Assembly: GCA_009914755.4 (NCBI GenBank)
Contig: CP086569.2
Coordinates: forward strand, 33,056,001-33,120,000
Reading direction: 5' to 3'
From: the human T2T-CHM13v2.0 reference genome, Homo sapiens
DNA: 64,000 nucleotides
Part shown: positions 51,605 to 64,000 of the stretch, one piece after another
Layout of the letters: each line of letters starts with the position of its first letter
Numbering within the stretch: the stretch's first letter is position 1
Translations under genes and position numbers: made by a program
Notes under the pieces: generated by a model
What the model saw: only the letters and a program-made list of their open reading frames with translations
What the model was told of the DNA's origin: nothing
Databases searched by the model: none

Positions 51605-54600
51605 GAACTCCTTTGGAATGGTCTAGTAGACAATGCAATCGACAGGCAGGGAATCAAAAGGAATGTAATCGAATGGATTGGACTGGAATGCAATGGACTC
51701 GAATAGATTGGAAACGGAATGCAAAGGAATGGAATGGAATAGTATGGAATGGTATGGAAAGGAATGGAGTGGAATAGACTAGAGTGGAATGGAATGGACT
51801 GGAAAGCAATGGACTGGAATGGAACATTCTTGAATGGACTGGAATCAAACGGAATGGAATGCAATGCAATCAAATGGCATGGAATAAAATAGAATGAAAG
51901 AGAATCAAATGGAATTGAATCGAATGGAATCGAATGGATTGGAAAGGAATAGAATGGAATGGAATGGAATTGACTCAAATGGAATGGACTAGAATGGAAT
52001 GGATTCGAATGGAAGGCAAAGGAATGGAATCTATTGGAATGGACTGTAATGGAATGGAATGGAAGGGATTGGAATGGACTCGAATGGAATGGACTGCAGT
52101 AGAAAGGATTCGAATGGAATGAAAAAGAATTGAATGGAATAGAACAGAATGGAATCAAATCGAATGAAATGGAATGGAATAGAAAGGAATGGAATGAAAT
52201 GGAATGGAAAGGATTCGAATGGAATGCAATCGAATGGAATGAAATCGAATGGAATGGAATCGAACGGAATGGAATAAAATGGAAGAAAACTGGCAAGAAA
52301 TGGAATCGAAATGAATGGAGTGTTATGGAACGGACTCAAAAGGAATTGAATGTAATAGAATGGAGTGGAGTGGACTCGAATATAATGGACTGGAATGGAA
52401 TGAAATCACATGGAATGGGAACGAATGGAATGGAATGGAAAGGAATGGAATGGAAAGGAATGGAATCGAATGGAAAGGAATCGAATGGAAGGGAATGAAA
52501 TTGAATCAACAGGAATGGAAGGAAGTAGAATAGACGGTAATGGAATGGACTCGAATAGAATGGACACGAATGCTCAAATTGAATGGACTCGAATGGAATG
52601 GAAACGAAAGGAATGTCGTCGAATGGAATTGAATCGATTGGAATGAAATCGCATAGAATGGAGTGGAATCAAATGGAATTGAATCGAAAGGAAAGGAAGC
52701 GAATGGTCTGTAATGAAATGGAATGGAATTGAATGGAAAGTAATGCAAGGGAATAGAATGGAACGAAATTTCACGGAATGGAATCAAACTGAATGGAATC
52801 AAATCAATGGAATATAATCAAATGGCATGGAAAGGAATTGAATGGAGTAGATTGGATTGGATGGGATTGGAATGAAATGTACTGGAAAGGACTCGAATTT
52901 CATGAAATGGAATGGAATGAACTGGAACGGAATGGACTCGAATGGAATGGAATGTCATGGAATGGCATCAAATGGAATGGCATCAAATGGAATGGAATCG
53001 AATGCAATGGAATGCTATGGAATGGAATGGAATGCATTGGAATGGAATGTCCCCTAATGGAATGGATTCGAGTGGAATGGAATCGAATATAATGGAGTCG
53101 AATGAAATGGAATTGAAAGGAAAGGGATCGAATACAATGGAATATACTGGAATGTAATGTAATGAACTCGAATGTAATTGACTAGAATGGAATGTACATG
53201 AATGGAATGTAATCGAATGGAAAATAATCTCATGGAATAGAATCTAATGCAATAAAATCGACTCAAATAGAATAGAATGGAATGGAGTGGAGTGCAGTGC
53301 AATGGAATGGAATGGAATGGAATGCAATGGAATGGAATGGAATGGGATGGAATGGTATGGGATGGATAGAAATGGACTGGAGTGAAATGGACTGGAAAGT
53401 AATGGACTCAAATTGAAAGAGCTCGAAAGAATGGAGTCAAATGGAATGGTCTGGAATGGAATGAACACGAATGTAATGCAATCCAATAGAATGGAATCGA
53501 ATGGCATGGAATATAAAGAAATGGAATCGAAGAGAATGGAAACGAATGGAATGGAATTGAATGGAATGGAATTGAATGGAATGGGAACGAATGGAGTGAA
53601 ATTGTATGCAGTAGAAGAGAATAGAATGGAATGCAAGCGAAATTAAAGGAATGGATTGGAATGGAATGGAATTCATTGGAATGGAAGGTAATGTATTGCA
53701 ATGGACAGGCCTTTAATAAAGTGGAATGCTACGGTCTCGAATGGAATAAAAATGTATGGAATGGAATTCAATGAAACGGAATCGAATGTCATAGAATGTA
53801 ATGGAATGCAAAAAAATGGAATCCAAAATCATTGACTGGAAAGGCTGGGTGTCGAAAGGAATTGACTCCAATGGAATGAAATCGAATGGAATGGAAGTGA
53901 ATAGAATCGAAGTAAATCGAATGGAATGGAATTGTTAGGAACGGAATGGAAAGGAGTGCAATGATTTGGCATGGAATGGAATCGAATGGCATTGAATGGA
54001 GTGGAATGGAATGCAATGGAATGGAATGTATTAGAATGTAATGAACATTAATGGAATGTACTCGAATGGAATCGACTGGAATGGAATGTTCTGGAAGTGA
54101 ATGGACTCCAATGGAATGGATTCGAAAGGAATGGAATCTAATGGAATGGAATTAAATGGAAACGAATCAAATTGAATAGCACGGAATTGAATTGAATGGA
54201 ATCGAATGCAATGGAATCTAATGAAATGGAAAGGAAAGGAATGGAATGGAATGGAATGGGCTGGAGTTGAATGGAATCGATACGAATGGAATGGAATAGA
54301 ACTGAAGAGACTGGAATGGAATTCACTGGAATGGAAGGGAGTGTAATGGAAGGATCTCGAAAAAAATGGAATCGAATGGAATGGAATTGAATGGAACGGA
54401 ATAGAGTCGAATGGAATTCAATGGAATTGAATGGACTAGAGTGAAATGGAATCGAACCACAAGGAATGGACAGGAATAGAATGGTCTCGAATTGAATGGA
54501 ATCGTATGGAATGACATCAAACGGAATGGAATGGACAGCCACGGAATGGAATGCACTCGAATGCAATGGAGTCGAAACTAATGGACTGGAATAGAATGGA

Positions 54601-55152
54601 CTCGACTGGTACGGACTCCAATGGAATGGAATCGAAAGGAAGGGAATCGAACGGAATGGACTCGAAGGGAAAAGACTGCAATGGAAAGGTCTCGAATGGA
54701 ATGGAAATTAATGGAATGGAATGGAATCGAATGAAATGGAGTCAAAAGGAATGGAATCGAATGGCAAGAAATCGAATGTAATGGAATCGCAAGGAATTGA
54801 TGTGAACGGAACGGAATGGAATGGAATCCAAAGGAATGGAATAGAATGGAATGGAATCGAATGGAAAGGACTCGAATGGAAATCACTCGAATAGAATGCA
54901 ATTTAATAAAATAGGATCAAATGGAATGGAATGGAATGGAAAGGAATCGAAACGAAAGGAATGGAGACAGATGGAATGGAATGGAACAGAGAGCAATGGT
55001 ATAGAATGGAATGGAATCATCTGGAATGGAATTGAATGGAATGGAATAACATGAAATGGAATGGAATGGAATGGAATGCCCTTGAATTAAATGGACTGGA
55101 ATGGAATGGACTCGAACAGAGTGTAATGGAAAGTGTTGAAATAGAATGGAAT
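51605..55152 (+). repeat. DYZ1-type unit 6 (3,548 bp); near-identical to unit 4
   Basis: Anchor spacing; six-frame ORF translations identical to those 7,102 bp upstream. Confidence 0.85.
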
Positions 55153-58100
55153 GGACTCCTTTGGAATGGTCTAGTATGCAATGCAATCGACTGGCAGGGA
55201 ATCAAAAGGAATGTAATCGAATGGATTGGACTGGAATGCAATGGACTCGAATAGACTGGAAACGGAATGCAAAGGAATGGAATGGAATAGTATGGAATGG
55301 AATGGAAAGGAATGGAGTGGAATAGACTAGAGTGGAATGGAATGGACTGGAAAGCAATGGACTGGAATGGAACATTCTTGAATGGACTGGAATCAAACGG
55401 AATGGAATGCAATGCAATCAAATGGCATGGAATCAAATGGAATGAAAGGGAATCAAATGGAATTGAATCGAATGGAATCGAATGGATTGGAAAGGAATAG
55501 AATGGAATGGAATGGAATTGACTCAAATGGAATGGACTAGAATGGAATGGATTCGAATGGAAGGCAAAGGAATGGAATCTATTGGAATGGACTGTAATGG
55601 AATGGAATGGAAGGGATTGGAATGGACTCGAATGGAATGGACTGCAATAGAAAGGATTCGAATGGAATGAAAAAGAATTGAATGGAATAGAACAGAATGG
55701 AATCAAATCGAATGAAATGGAATGGAATAGAAAGGAATGGAATGAAATGGAATGGAAAGGATTCGAATGGAATGCAATCGAATGGAATGGAATCGAACGG
55801 AATGGAATAAAATGGAAGAAAACTGGCAAGAAATGGAATCGAAATGAATGGAGTGTTATGGAACGGACTCAAAAGGAATTGAATGTAATAGAATGGAGTG
55901 GAGTGGACTCGAATATAATGGACTGGAATGGAATGAAATCACATGGAATGGGAACGAATGGAATGGAATGGAAAGGAATGGAATCGAATGGAAAGGAATC
56001 GAATGGAAGGGAATGAAATTGAATCAACAGGAATGGAAGGGAATAGAATAGACGGTAATGGAATGGACTCGAATAGAATGGACACGAATGCTCAAATTGA
56101 ATGGACTCGAATGGAATGGAAACGAAAGGAATGTCATCGAATGGAATTGAATCGATTGGAATGAAATCGCATAGAATGGAGTGGAATCAAATGGAATTGA
56201 ATCGAAAGGAAAGGAAGCGAATGGACTGAAATGAAATGGAATGGAATTGAATGGAAAGTAATGCAATGGAATAGAATGGAACGAAATTTCACGGAATGGA
56301 ATGAAACTGAATGGAATCAAATCAATGGAATCTAATCAAGTGGAAAGGAAAGGAATTGAATGGAGTAGATTGGATTGGATGGGATTGGAATGAAATGTAC
56401 TGGAAAGGACTCGAGTTTCATGAAACGGAATGGAATGAATTGGAACGGAATGGACTCGAATGGAATGGAATGTCATGGAATGGCATCAAATGGAATGGCA
56501 TCAAATGGAATGGAATCGAATGCAATGGAATGCTATGGAATGGAATGGAATGCATTGGAATGGAATGTCCTCTAATGGAATAGATTCGAGTGGAATGGAA
56601 TCGAATATAATGGAGTCGAATGAAATGGAATTGAAAGGAATGGGATCGAATACAATGGAATATACTTGAATGTAATGTAATGAACTCGAATGTAATTGAC
56701 TGGAATGGAATGTACATGAATGGAATGTAATCGAATGGAAAGTAATCCAATGGAATAGAATCTAATGCAATAAAATCGACTCAGATAGAGTAGAATGTAA
56801 TGGAATTGAGTGCAGTGCAATGGAATGGAATGGAATGGAATGCAATGGAATGGAATGGAATGGAAAGGAATGGAATGGAATGGGATGGAATGGTATGGAA
56901 TGGATAGTAATGGACTGGAGTGAAATGGACTGGAAATGAATGGACTCAAATTGAAAGGGCTCGAAAGGAATGGAGTCAAAAGGAATGGTCTGGAATGGAA
57001 TGAACACGAATGTAATGCAATCCAATAGAATGGAATCGAATGGCATGGAATATAAAGAAATGGAATCGAAGAGAATGGAAACAAATGGAATGGAATTGAA
57101 TGGAATGGAATTGAATGGAATGGGAACGAATGGAGTGAAATTGTATGCAGTAGAAGAGAATAGAATGGAATGCAAGCGAAAGGAAAGTAATGGATTGGAA
57201 TGGAATGGAATTCATTGGAATGGAAGGGAATGTAGTGTAATGGACAGGCCTGGAATAAAGTGGAATGCTACGGTCTCAAATGGAATAAAAATGTATGGAA
57301 TGGAATGCAATGAAACGGAATCGAATGTCATAGAATGTAATGGAATGCAAAAAAATGGAATCCAAAATCATTGACTGGAAAGGCTGGGTGTCGAAAGGAA
57401 TTGACTCCAATGGAATGGAATCGAATGGAATGGAAGTGAATAGAATGGAACTAAATCGAATGGAATGGAATTGATAGGAACGGAATGGAAAGGAATGCAA
57501 TGATTTGGCATGGAATGGAATCGAATGGCATCGAATGGAATGGAATGGAATGCAATGGAATGGAATGTATTAGAATTTAATGAACTTTAATGGAATGTAC
57601 TCGAATGGATTCGACTGGAATGGAATGTTCTGGAAGTGAATGGACTCCAATGGAATGGATTCAAAAGGAATGGAGTCGTACGGAATGGAATCTAATGGAA
57701 TGGAATTAAATGGAAATGAATCAAATTGAATAGAACGGAATTGATTTGAATGGAATCGAATGCAATGGAATCTAATGAAACGGAAAGGAAAGGAATGGAA
57801 TGGAATGGAATGGGCTGGAATGGAAAGGAATCGAAACGAATGGAATGGAATCGAACTGAAGAGACTGGAATGGAATGCACTGGAATGGAAGGGAGTGTAA
57901 TGGAAGGTTCTCGAAAAAAATGGAATCGAATGGAATGGAATTGAGTGGAACGGAATAGAGTCGAATGGAATTGAATGGAATGGAATGGACTAGAGTGAAA
58001 TGGAATCGAACCACAAGGAATGGACAGGAATAGAATGGTCTCGAATTGAATGGAATCGTATGGAATGGCATCAAACGGAATGGAATGGACAGCCACGGAA

Positions 58101-58706
58101 TGGAATGCACTCGAATGCAATGGAGTCGAAACTAATGGACTGGAATAGAATGGACTCGACTGGTACGGACTCCAATGGAATGGAATCGAATGGAAGGGAA
58201 TCGAACGGAATGGACTCGAAGGGAAAACACTGCAATGGAAAGGTCTCGAATGGAATGGAAATTAATGGAATGGAACGGAATCGAATGAAATGGAGTCAAA
58301 AGGAATGGAATCGAATGGCAAGAAATCGAATGCAATGGAATCGCAAGGAATTGATGTGAACGGAACGGAATGGAATGGAATCCAAAGGAATGGAATAGAA
58401 TGGAATGGAATCGAATGGAAAGGACTCGAATGGAAATCACTCGAACAGAATGCAATTTAATAAAATAGGATCAAATGTAATGGAATGGAATGGAAAGGAA
58501 TCGAAACGAAAGGTATGGAGACAGATGGAATGGAATGGAACAGAGAGCAAAGGTATAGAATGGAATGGAATCATCTGGAATGGAATTGAATGGAATGGAA
58601 TAATATGAAATGGAATGGAATGGAATGGAATGCCCTTGAATTAAATGGACTGGAATGGAATGGACTCAAACAGAGTGGAATGGAAAGTGTGGATATAGAA
58701 TGGAAT
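55153..58706 (+). repeat. DYZ1-type unit 7 (3,554 bp); near-identical to unit 5
   Basis: Anchor spacing; ORF translations identical to those 7,102 bp upstream. Confidence 0.85.
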
Positions 58707-61700
58707 GAACTCCTTTGGAATGGTCTAGTAGACAATGCAATCGACAGGCAGGGAATCAAAAGGAATGTAATCGAATGGATTGGACTGGAATGCAATGGAC
58801 TCGAATAGATTGGAAACGGAATGCAAAGGAATGGAATGGAATAGTATGGAATGGTATGGAAAGGAATGGAGTGGAATAGACTAGAGTGGAATGGAATGGA
58901 CTGGAAAGCAATGGACTGGAATGGAACATTCTTGAATGGACTGGAATCAAACGGAATGGAATGCAATGCAATCAAATGGCATGGAATAAAATAGAATGAA
59001 AGAGAATCAAATGGAATTGAATCGAATGGAATCGAATGGATTGGAAAGGAATAGAATGGAATGGAATGGAATTGACTCAAATGGAATGGACTAGAATGGA
59101 ATGGATTCGAATGGAAGGCAAAGGAATGGAATCTATTGGAATGGACTGTAATGGAATGGAATGGAAGGGATTGGAATGGACTCGAATGGAATGGACTGCA
59201 ATAGAAAGGATTCGAATGGAATGAAAAAGAATTGAATGGAATAGAACAGAATGGAATCAAATCGAATGAAATGGAATGGAATAGAAAGGAATGGAATGAA
59301 ATGGAATGGAAAGGATTCGAATGGAATGCAATCGAATGGAATGGAATCGAACGGAATGGAATAAAATGGAAGAAAACTGGCAAGAAATGGAATCGAAATG
59401 AATGGAGTGTTATGGAACGGACTCAAAAGGAATTGAATGTAATAGAATGGAGTGGAGTGGACTCGAATATAATGGACTGGAATGGAATGAAATCACATGG
59501 AATGGGAACGAATGGAATGGAATGGAAAGGAATGGAATCGAATGCAAAGGAATCGAATGGAAGGGAATGCAATTGAATCAACAGGAATGGAAGGGAATAG
59601 AATAGACGGTAATGGAATGGACTCGAATAGAATGGACACGAATGCTCAAATTGAATGGACTCGAATGGAATGGAAACGAAAGGAATGTCATCGAATGGAA
59701 TTGAATCGATTGGAATGAAATCGCATAGAATGGAGTGGAATCAAATGGAATTGAATCGAAAGGAAAGGAAGCCAATGGACTGAAATGAAATGGAATGGAA
59801 TGGAATGGAAACTAATGCAATGGAATAGAATGGAACGAAATTTCACGGAATGGAATGAAACTGAATGGAATCAAATCAATGGAATCTAATCAAGTGGAAT
59901 GGAAAGGAATTGAATGGAGTAGATTGGATTGGATGGGATTGGAATGAAATGTACTGGAAAAGACTCGAATTTCATGAAACGGAATGGAATGAATTGGAAC
60001 GGAATGGACTCGAATGGAATGGAATGTCATGGAATGGCATCAAATGGAATGGCATCAAATGGAATGGAATCGAATGCAATGGAATGCTATGGAATGGAAT
60101 GGAATGCATTGGAATGGAATGTCCTCTAATGGAATGGATTCGAGTGGAATGGAATCGAATATAATGGAGTCGATTGAAATGGAATTGAAAGGAATGGGAT
60201 CGAATACAATGGAATACACTGGAATGTAATGTAATGAACATGAATGTAATTGACTGGAATGTAATGTACATGAATGGAATGTAATCGAATGGAAAGTAAT
60301 CCAATGGAATAGAATCTAATGCAATAAAATCGACACAGATAGAGTAGAATGTAATGGAATGGAGTGCAGTGCAATGGAATGGAATGGAATGGAATGCAAT
60401 GGAATGGAATGGAATGGAATGGAATGGAATGGAATGGAATGGAATGGTGTGGAATGGATAGTAATGGACTGGAGTGAAATGGACTGGAAATGAATGGACT
60501 CAAATTGAAAGGGCTCGAAAGGAATGGAGTCAAATGGAATGGTCTGGAATGGAATGAACACGAATGTAATGCAATCCAATAGAATGGAATCGAATGGCAT
60601 GGAATATAAAGAAATGGAATCGAAGAGAATGGAAACAAATGGAATGGAATTGAATGGAATGGAATTGAATGGAATGGGAACGAATGGAGTGAAATTGTAT
60701 GCAGTAGAAGAGAATAGAATGGAATGCAAGCGAAAGGAAAGGAATGGATTGGAATGGAATGGAATTCATTGGAATGGAAGGGAATGTAGTGTAATGGACA
60801 GGCCTGGAATAAAGTGGAATGCTACGGTCTCGAATGGAATAAAAATGTATGGAATGGAATGCAATGAAACGGAATCGAATGTCATAGAATGTAATGGAAT
60901 GCAAAAAAATGGACTCCAAAATCATTGACTGGAAAGGCTGGATGTCGAAAGGAATTGACTCCAATGGAATGGAATCGAATGGAATGGAAGTGAATAGAAT
61001 CGAACTAAATCGAATGGAATGGAATTGATAGGAACGGAATGGAAAGGAATGCAATGATTTGGCATGGAATGGAAACGAATGGTATCTAATGGAATGGAAT
61101 GTAATGTAATGGAATGGAATGTATTAGAATGTAATGAACTTTAATGGAATGTACTCGAATGGATTCGACTGGAATGGAATGTTCTGGAAGTGAATGGACT
61201 CCAATGGAATGGATTCAAAAGGAATGGAATCGTACGGAATGGAATCTAATGGAATGGAATTAAATGGAAATGAATCAAATTGAATAGCACGGAATTGAAT
61301 TGAATGGAATGGAATGCAATGGAATCTAATGAAACGGAAAGGAAAGGAATGGAATGGAATGGAATGGGCTGGAATGGAAAGGAATCGAAACGAATGGAAT
61401 GGAATCGAACTGAAGAGACTGGAATGGAATGCACTGGAATGGAAGGGAGTGTAATGGAAGGTTCTCGAAAAAAATGGAATCGAATGGAATGGAATTGAAT
61501 GGAACGGAATAGAGTCGAATGGAATTGAATGGAATGGAATGGACTAGAGTGAAATGGAATCGAACCACAAGGAATGGACAGGAATAGAATGGTCTCGAAT
61601 TGAATGGAATCGTATGGAATGGCATCAAACGGAATGGAATGGACAGCCACGGAATGGAATGCACTCGAATGCAATGGAGTCGAAACTAATGGACTGGAAT

Positions 61701-62265
61701 AGAATGGACTCGACTGGTACGGACTCCAATGGAATGGAATCGAATGGAAGGGAATCGAACGGAATGGACTCGAAGGGAAAAAACTGCAATGGAAAGGTCT
61801 CGAATGGAATGGAAATTAATGGAATGGAATGGAATCGAATGAAATGGAGTCAAAAGGAATGGAATCGAATGGCAAGAAATCGAATGTAATGGAATCGCAA
61901 GGAATTGATGTGAACGGAACGGAATGGAATGGAATCCAAAGGAATGGAATAGAATGGAATGGAATCGAATGGAAAGGACTCGAATGGAAATCACTCGAAT
62001 AGAATGCAATTTAATAAAATAGGATCAAATGGAATGGAATGGAATGGAAAGGAATCGAAACGAAAGGAATGGAGACAGATGGAATGGAATGGAACAGAGA
62101 GCAATGGTATAGAATGGAATGGAATCATCTGGAATGGAATTGAATGGAATGGAATAATATGAAATGGAATGGAATGGAATGGAATGGAATACCCTTGAAT
62201 TAAATGGACTGGAATGGAATGGACTCGAACAGAGTGGAATGGAAAGTGTTGAGATAGAATGGAAT
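58707..62265 (+). repeat. DYZ1-type unit 8 (3,559 bp)
   Basis: Anchor spacing; contains an uninterrupted (GGAAT)~12 run at ~60396-60455. Confidence 0.85.
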
Positions 62266-64000
62266 GGACTCCTTCGGAATGGTGTAGTATGCAATGCAAT
62301 CGACTGGCAGGGAATCAAAAGGAATGTAATGGAATGGATTGGACTGGAATGCAATGGACTCGAATAGATTGGAAACGGAATGCAAAGGAATGGAATGGAA
62401 TAGTATGGAATGGAATGGAAAGGAATGGAGTGGAATAGACTAGAGTGGAATATAATGGACTGGAAAGCAATGGACTGGAATGGAACTTTCTTGAATGGAC
62501 TGGAATCAAACGGAATGGAATGCAATGCAATCAAATGGCATAGAATAAGATAGAATGAAAGAGAATCAAATGGAATTGAATGGAATGGAATCGAATGGAT
62601 TGGAAAGGAATAGAATGGAATGGAATGGAATTGACTCAAATGGAATGGACTAGAATGGAATGGATTCGAATGGAAGGCAAAGGAATGGAATCTATTGGAA
62701 TGGACTGTAATGGAATGCAATGGAAGGGATTGGAATGGACTCGAATGGAATGGACTGCAATAGAAAGGATACGAATGGAATGAAAAAGAATTGAATGGAA
62801 TAGAACAGAATGGAAACAAATCGAATGAAATGGAATGGAATAGAAAGGAATGGAATGAAATGGAATGGAAAGGATTCGAATGGAATGCAAACGAATGGAA
62901 TGGAATCGAACGGAATGGAATAAAATGGAAGAAAACTGGCAAGAAATGGAATCGAAATGAATGGAGTGTTATGGAACGGACTCAAAAGGAATTGAATGTA
63001 ATAGAATGGAGTGGAGTGGACTCGAATATAATGGACTTGAATGGAATGAAATCACATGGAATGGGAACGAATGGAATGGAATGGAAAGGAATGGAATCGA
63101 ATGGAAAGGAATCGAATGGAAGGGAATGAAATTGAACCAACAGGAATGGAAGGGAATAGAATAGACCGTAATGGAATGGACTCGAATAGAATGGACACGA
63201 ATGCTCAAATTGAATGGGCTCGAATGGAATGGAAAAGAAAGGAATGTCATCGAATGGAATTGAATCGATTGGAATGAAATCGCATAGAATGGAGTGGAAT
63301 CAAATGGAATTGAATCGAAAGGAAAGGAAGCGAATGGACTGAAATGAAATGGAATGGAATTGAATGGAAAGTAATGCAATGGAATAGAATGGAACGAAAT
63401 TTCACGGAATGGAATCAAACTGAATGGAATCAAATCAATGGAATCTGATCAAATGGAATGGAAAGGAATTGAATGGAGTAGATTGGATTGGATGGGATTG
63501 GAATGAAATGTACTGGAAAGGACTCGAATTTCATGAAACGGAATGGAATGAATTGGAACGGAATGGACTCGAATGGAATGGAATGTCATGGAATGGCATC
63601 AAATGGAATGGCATCAAATGGAATGGAATCGAATGCAATGGAATGCTATGGAATGGAATGGAATGCATTGGAATGGAATGTCCTCTAATGGAATGGATTC
63701 GAGTGGAATGGAATCGAATATAATGGAGTCGAATGAAATGGAATTGAAAAGAATGGGATCGAATACAATGGAATATACTGGAATGTAATGTAATGAACTC
63801 GAATGTAATTGACTGGAATGGAATGTATATGAATGGAATGTAATCGAATGGAAAGTAATCCAATGGAATAGAATCTAATGCAATAAAATCGACTCAGATA
63901 GAGTAGAATGTAATGGAATGGAGTGCAGTGCAATGGAATGGAATGGAATGGAATGCAATGGAATGGAATGGAATGGGATGGATTGGTATGGAATGGATAG
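62266..64000 (+). repeat. DYZ1-type unit 9 (partial, cut by the window end)
   Basis: Anchor at 62266. Confidence 0.8.

Larger units (their letters stand above)
44850..59197 (+). repeat. Tandem two-copy ~7.1-kb super-repeat within HSat3 (two DYZ1-type units per copy) at near-100% identity
   Basis: Every ORF translation in all six frames from ~44850-52095 recurs identically at +7,102 bp (51952-59197), apart from 2-3 single-residue differences. Neighbouring single units (e.g. 2/3 versus 4/5) show many differences plus 15-bp indels. Confidence 0.8.
34661..64000 (+). repeat. Human satellite III (HSat3) (GGAAT)n array organised as ~3.55-3.56-kb higher-order units, DYZ1-type; continues past the window end
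   Basis: The GGAAT pentamer and its variants dominate the plus strand. The anchor motif ggactcctttggaatggtctagtatgcaatgcaatcgactggcaggg recurs at 34665, 37394, 40942, 44503, 48051, 51605, 55153, 58707 and 62266. The reported DYZ1 unit is ~3.56 kb. Confidence 0.9.

Noticed and set aside
60396-60455. A perfect (GGAAT)~12 run as a distinct microsatellite feature
   Set aside because: It is merely a locally homogenised stretch of the same HSat3 pentamer inside unit 8. It differs from other units by a few substitutions and does not merit a separate call.
34700-64000. Numerous long ORFs on both strands (up to 305 aa, e.g. 62025-62942, 37257-38084, 42390-42872)
   Set aside because: The GGAAT pentamer has no stop codon in any frame: plus-strand frames read GMEWN and minus-strand frames read IPFHS. 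All six frames therefore stay open by chance. The peptides are low-complexity (NGMEW... or IPFHS...), overlap each other on opposite strands and recur once per repeat unit.

Overview
This window is human constitutive heterochromatin and carries no genes. Positions 1 to ~34,660 are a tandem array of 15 units of a ~2,420-bp composite satellite; each unit has a ~1.58-kb extremely AT-rich segment, a minus-strand Alu (~298 bp) and a ~545-bp GC-normal segment, and the array is HSat1B / DYZ2-type. Positions ~34,661 to 64,000 are (GGAAT)n human satellite III (HSat3) organised in ~3.55-3.56-kb higher-order units (DYZ1-type), with one degenerate unit of 2,729 bp at the junction followed by 8 regular units. 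The most parsimonious origin is a DYZ2/DYZ1 block boundary in Yq12, although an acrocentric short-arm HSat1B/HSat3 junction cannot be excluded from sequence alone. I find no credible protein-coding gene, tRNA, rRNA or CRISPR array, and no prokaryotic-style 'system'. Every ORF in the supplied track is a translation artefact of stop-free or unit-copied repeats. Points worth a second look are the abrupt phase-specific junction, the rising divergence and structural damage of units towards the junction, the Alu-less and Alu-truncated DYZ2 units, the internally deleted first DYZ1 unit, and a ~7.1-kb two-unit block present twice in tandem at near-100% identity.
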